Origin: Phyllobates terribilis
Lineage: Eukaryota
DNA length: 64,000 nucleotides
Reading direction: 5' to 3'
Assembly: GCF_046119375.1 (NCBI RefSeq)
Contig: NW_027362762.1
Coordinates: 58,280,001 to 58,344,000, forward strand
Made by a program: the position numbers and the translations under genes
Shown here: one piece after another, positions 62,748-64,000 of the stretch
Numbering within the stretch: position 1 is the first letter of the stretch
How the letters are laid out: every line of letters starts with the position of its first letter
Notes under the pieces: model-generated
The model's database searches: none
Seen by the model: only the letters and a program-made list of their open reading frames with translations
What the model was told of the DNA's origin: nothing

Positions 62748-64000
62748 CTGGAAACATGAACATTTGTTGCAATTATATACTGTAGAATGGTCACAAAGCC
62801 CACCCTCCTTCCCCTATACAGATGTGTCCACCGTCACCTTCACATAAATTCCATCAAAAGGGGTTATCCAGAGCTGCCCACATCAGAAGTGAGCAGCGTC
62901 GATGACATACCGACCTGCGTGATCAGCATCCATTGTGCCAAATGTTTATTATGACAGGACACTTGACGGATACCTGGTGATGGTGCACAGGTCTCAGCAG
63001 GTGTGGTGGTTGTAATGTCATCAGCACTGTTCATTTCTGATGCAGATGTGAGCAGATCCAGACATCGCTGGATGACCGCCTTAAGGAGTACAATTTCTCA
63101 GGATACAAATTTTGTACAATATAGATGGACACAGACCATAGAAGATAACACTGCTTCACATCTACTGTACAAAGGGTGGAAACGATTTTCAGAAGCTCCA
63201 CCACCTCATGGCTTGCTGCTTGCCAGGTGGCGGTGCGGTCCTGATGATTGACAATTCGGGCAAGCGACATCATCACCATGCTAGCATGAACTGTGCACTT
63301 TCCCATGCTGCAAACAAAGGCAGTTTTGGGACTGCAGCATCGAAGGAGTGCAGGGAAACGGAAGCTGGCCAAATCAAGCAAACTTCAGAGCAGCACTTGC
63401 AAGGTCCATTTGAAAGGGCTTGCAAGTGCTGCTCTCCTTGCCTAAGAGGACCTTCAACCATTGAAACTGCAGGCAGTGGCTGGTAATCTAGGCAATAAGC
63501 TGTAAACTATGAACTCTCAAGAATGGAGGAATTTTTAACTTTACAATTTATTACTTATTGAAAATACTCTAAAGTGTTTTATTTTTACATGCAGTTTGCA
63601 ATTTTTTCCCTTATTCAGGATGAGAAAACTCTTTAAATTAGAACAGTCTGACATCCTGCAGCCACCAGGAGAGCTTAGGAGCCTAATGGGTTACTCAACG
63701 CATTCAATTATGGTATATACATAGGACATGCTTTAAGATTAAATGCGGATCCCACAACTTTCTTACGAATGGGGCCCTTACGGGAGTTGCTGTCAGTGGA
63801 AAGGTGGTCGGAATTCTCATTAATTTGTATGGAACTTTTGACCACTTCTCCACTGACAGTGAGAGATGGGGCCCCATTTCACATTACTTAGTATGCAGTC
63901 AGTTCCCCCTGGTGGTGGGCTGCAAGCAGACAGAATTTTGCATTTAAAGAGGATTGCACCCACTAAATGGTACCCCTTGGCTGCAATATCATTAATGGAT

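Noticed and set aside
63003-63486. Several 60-116 aa ORFs upstream of the first visible SYTL2 exon
   Set aside because: No convincing splice pairs or SYTL2 similarity. Probably a decayed repeat that I could not identify.

Overview
Vertebrate genomic DNA, most likely a frog (inferred from the repeat repertoire). It contains three host genes in the order known from human 11q14: the last two coding exons of a TMEM126-family gene (+, 2971-3085 and 6538-6730), a CREBZF/Zhangfei bZIP gene whose main ORF is unspliced (-, 15944-16699), and the last seven coding exons plus 3' UTR of SYTL2 (-, 54662-62747). Much of the rest is transposable elements, often nested with readable target-site duplications (TSDs): a near-intact Tc1, an internally rearranged Tc1 carrying 8 x 71 bp tandem copies, piggyBac, Chapaev3-like and Penelope remnants, a mariner split by a full-length L1, a CR1 inside a hAT MITE, a solo LTR, a DIRS1 element, a tRNA-derived SINE, and Harbinger, hAT, Kolobok and Tc2-type MITEs. 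There is one 150-N assembly gap. Best leads: (1) a CREBZF splice donor inside the terminal ATG-TAG that joins a downstream mini-exon and swaps the C-terminal M for IFSFR, with a further donor that would make this isoform an NMD substrate; (2) a GC-rich cassette bounded by outward-facing 5' splice-site consensus sequences, often with CRE motifs, recurring in unrelated DNA-transposon families; (3) the invariant bZIP Asn is retained in this CREBZF; (4) a divergent TMEM126 copy; (5) no visible CCDC89. All gene and family names come from manual translation and remembered motifs. No database search was run.
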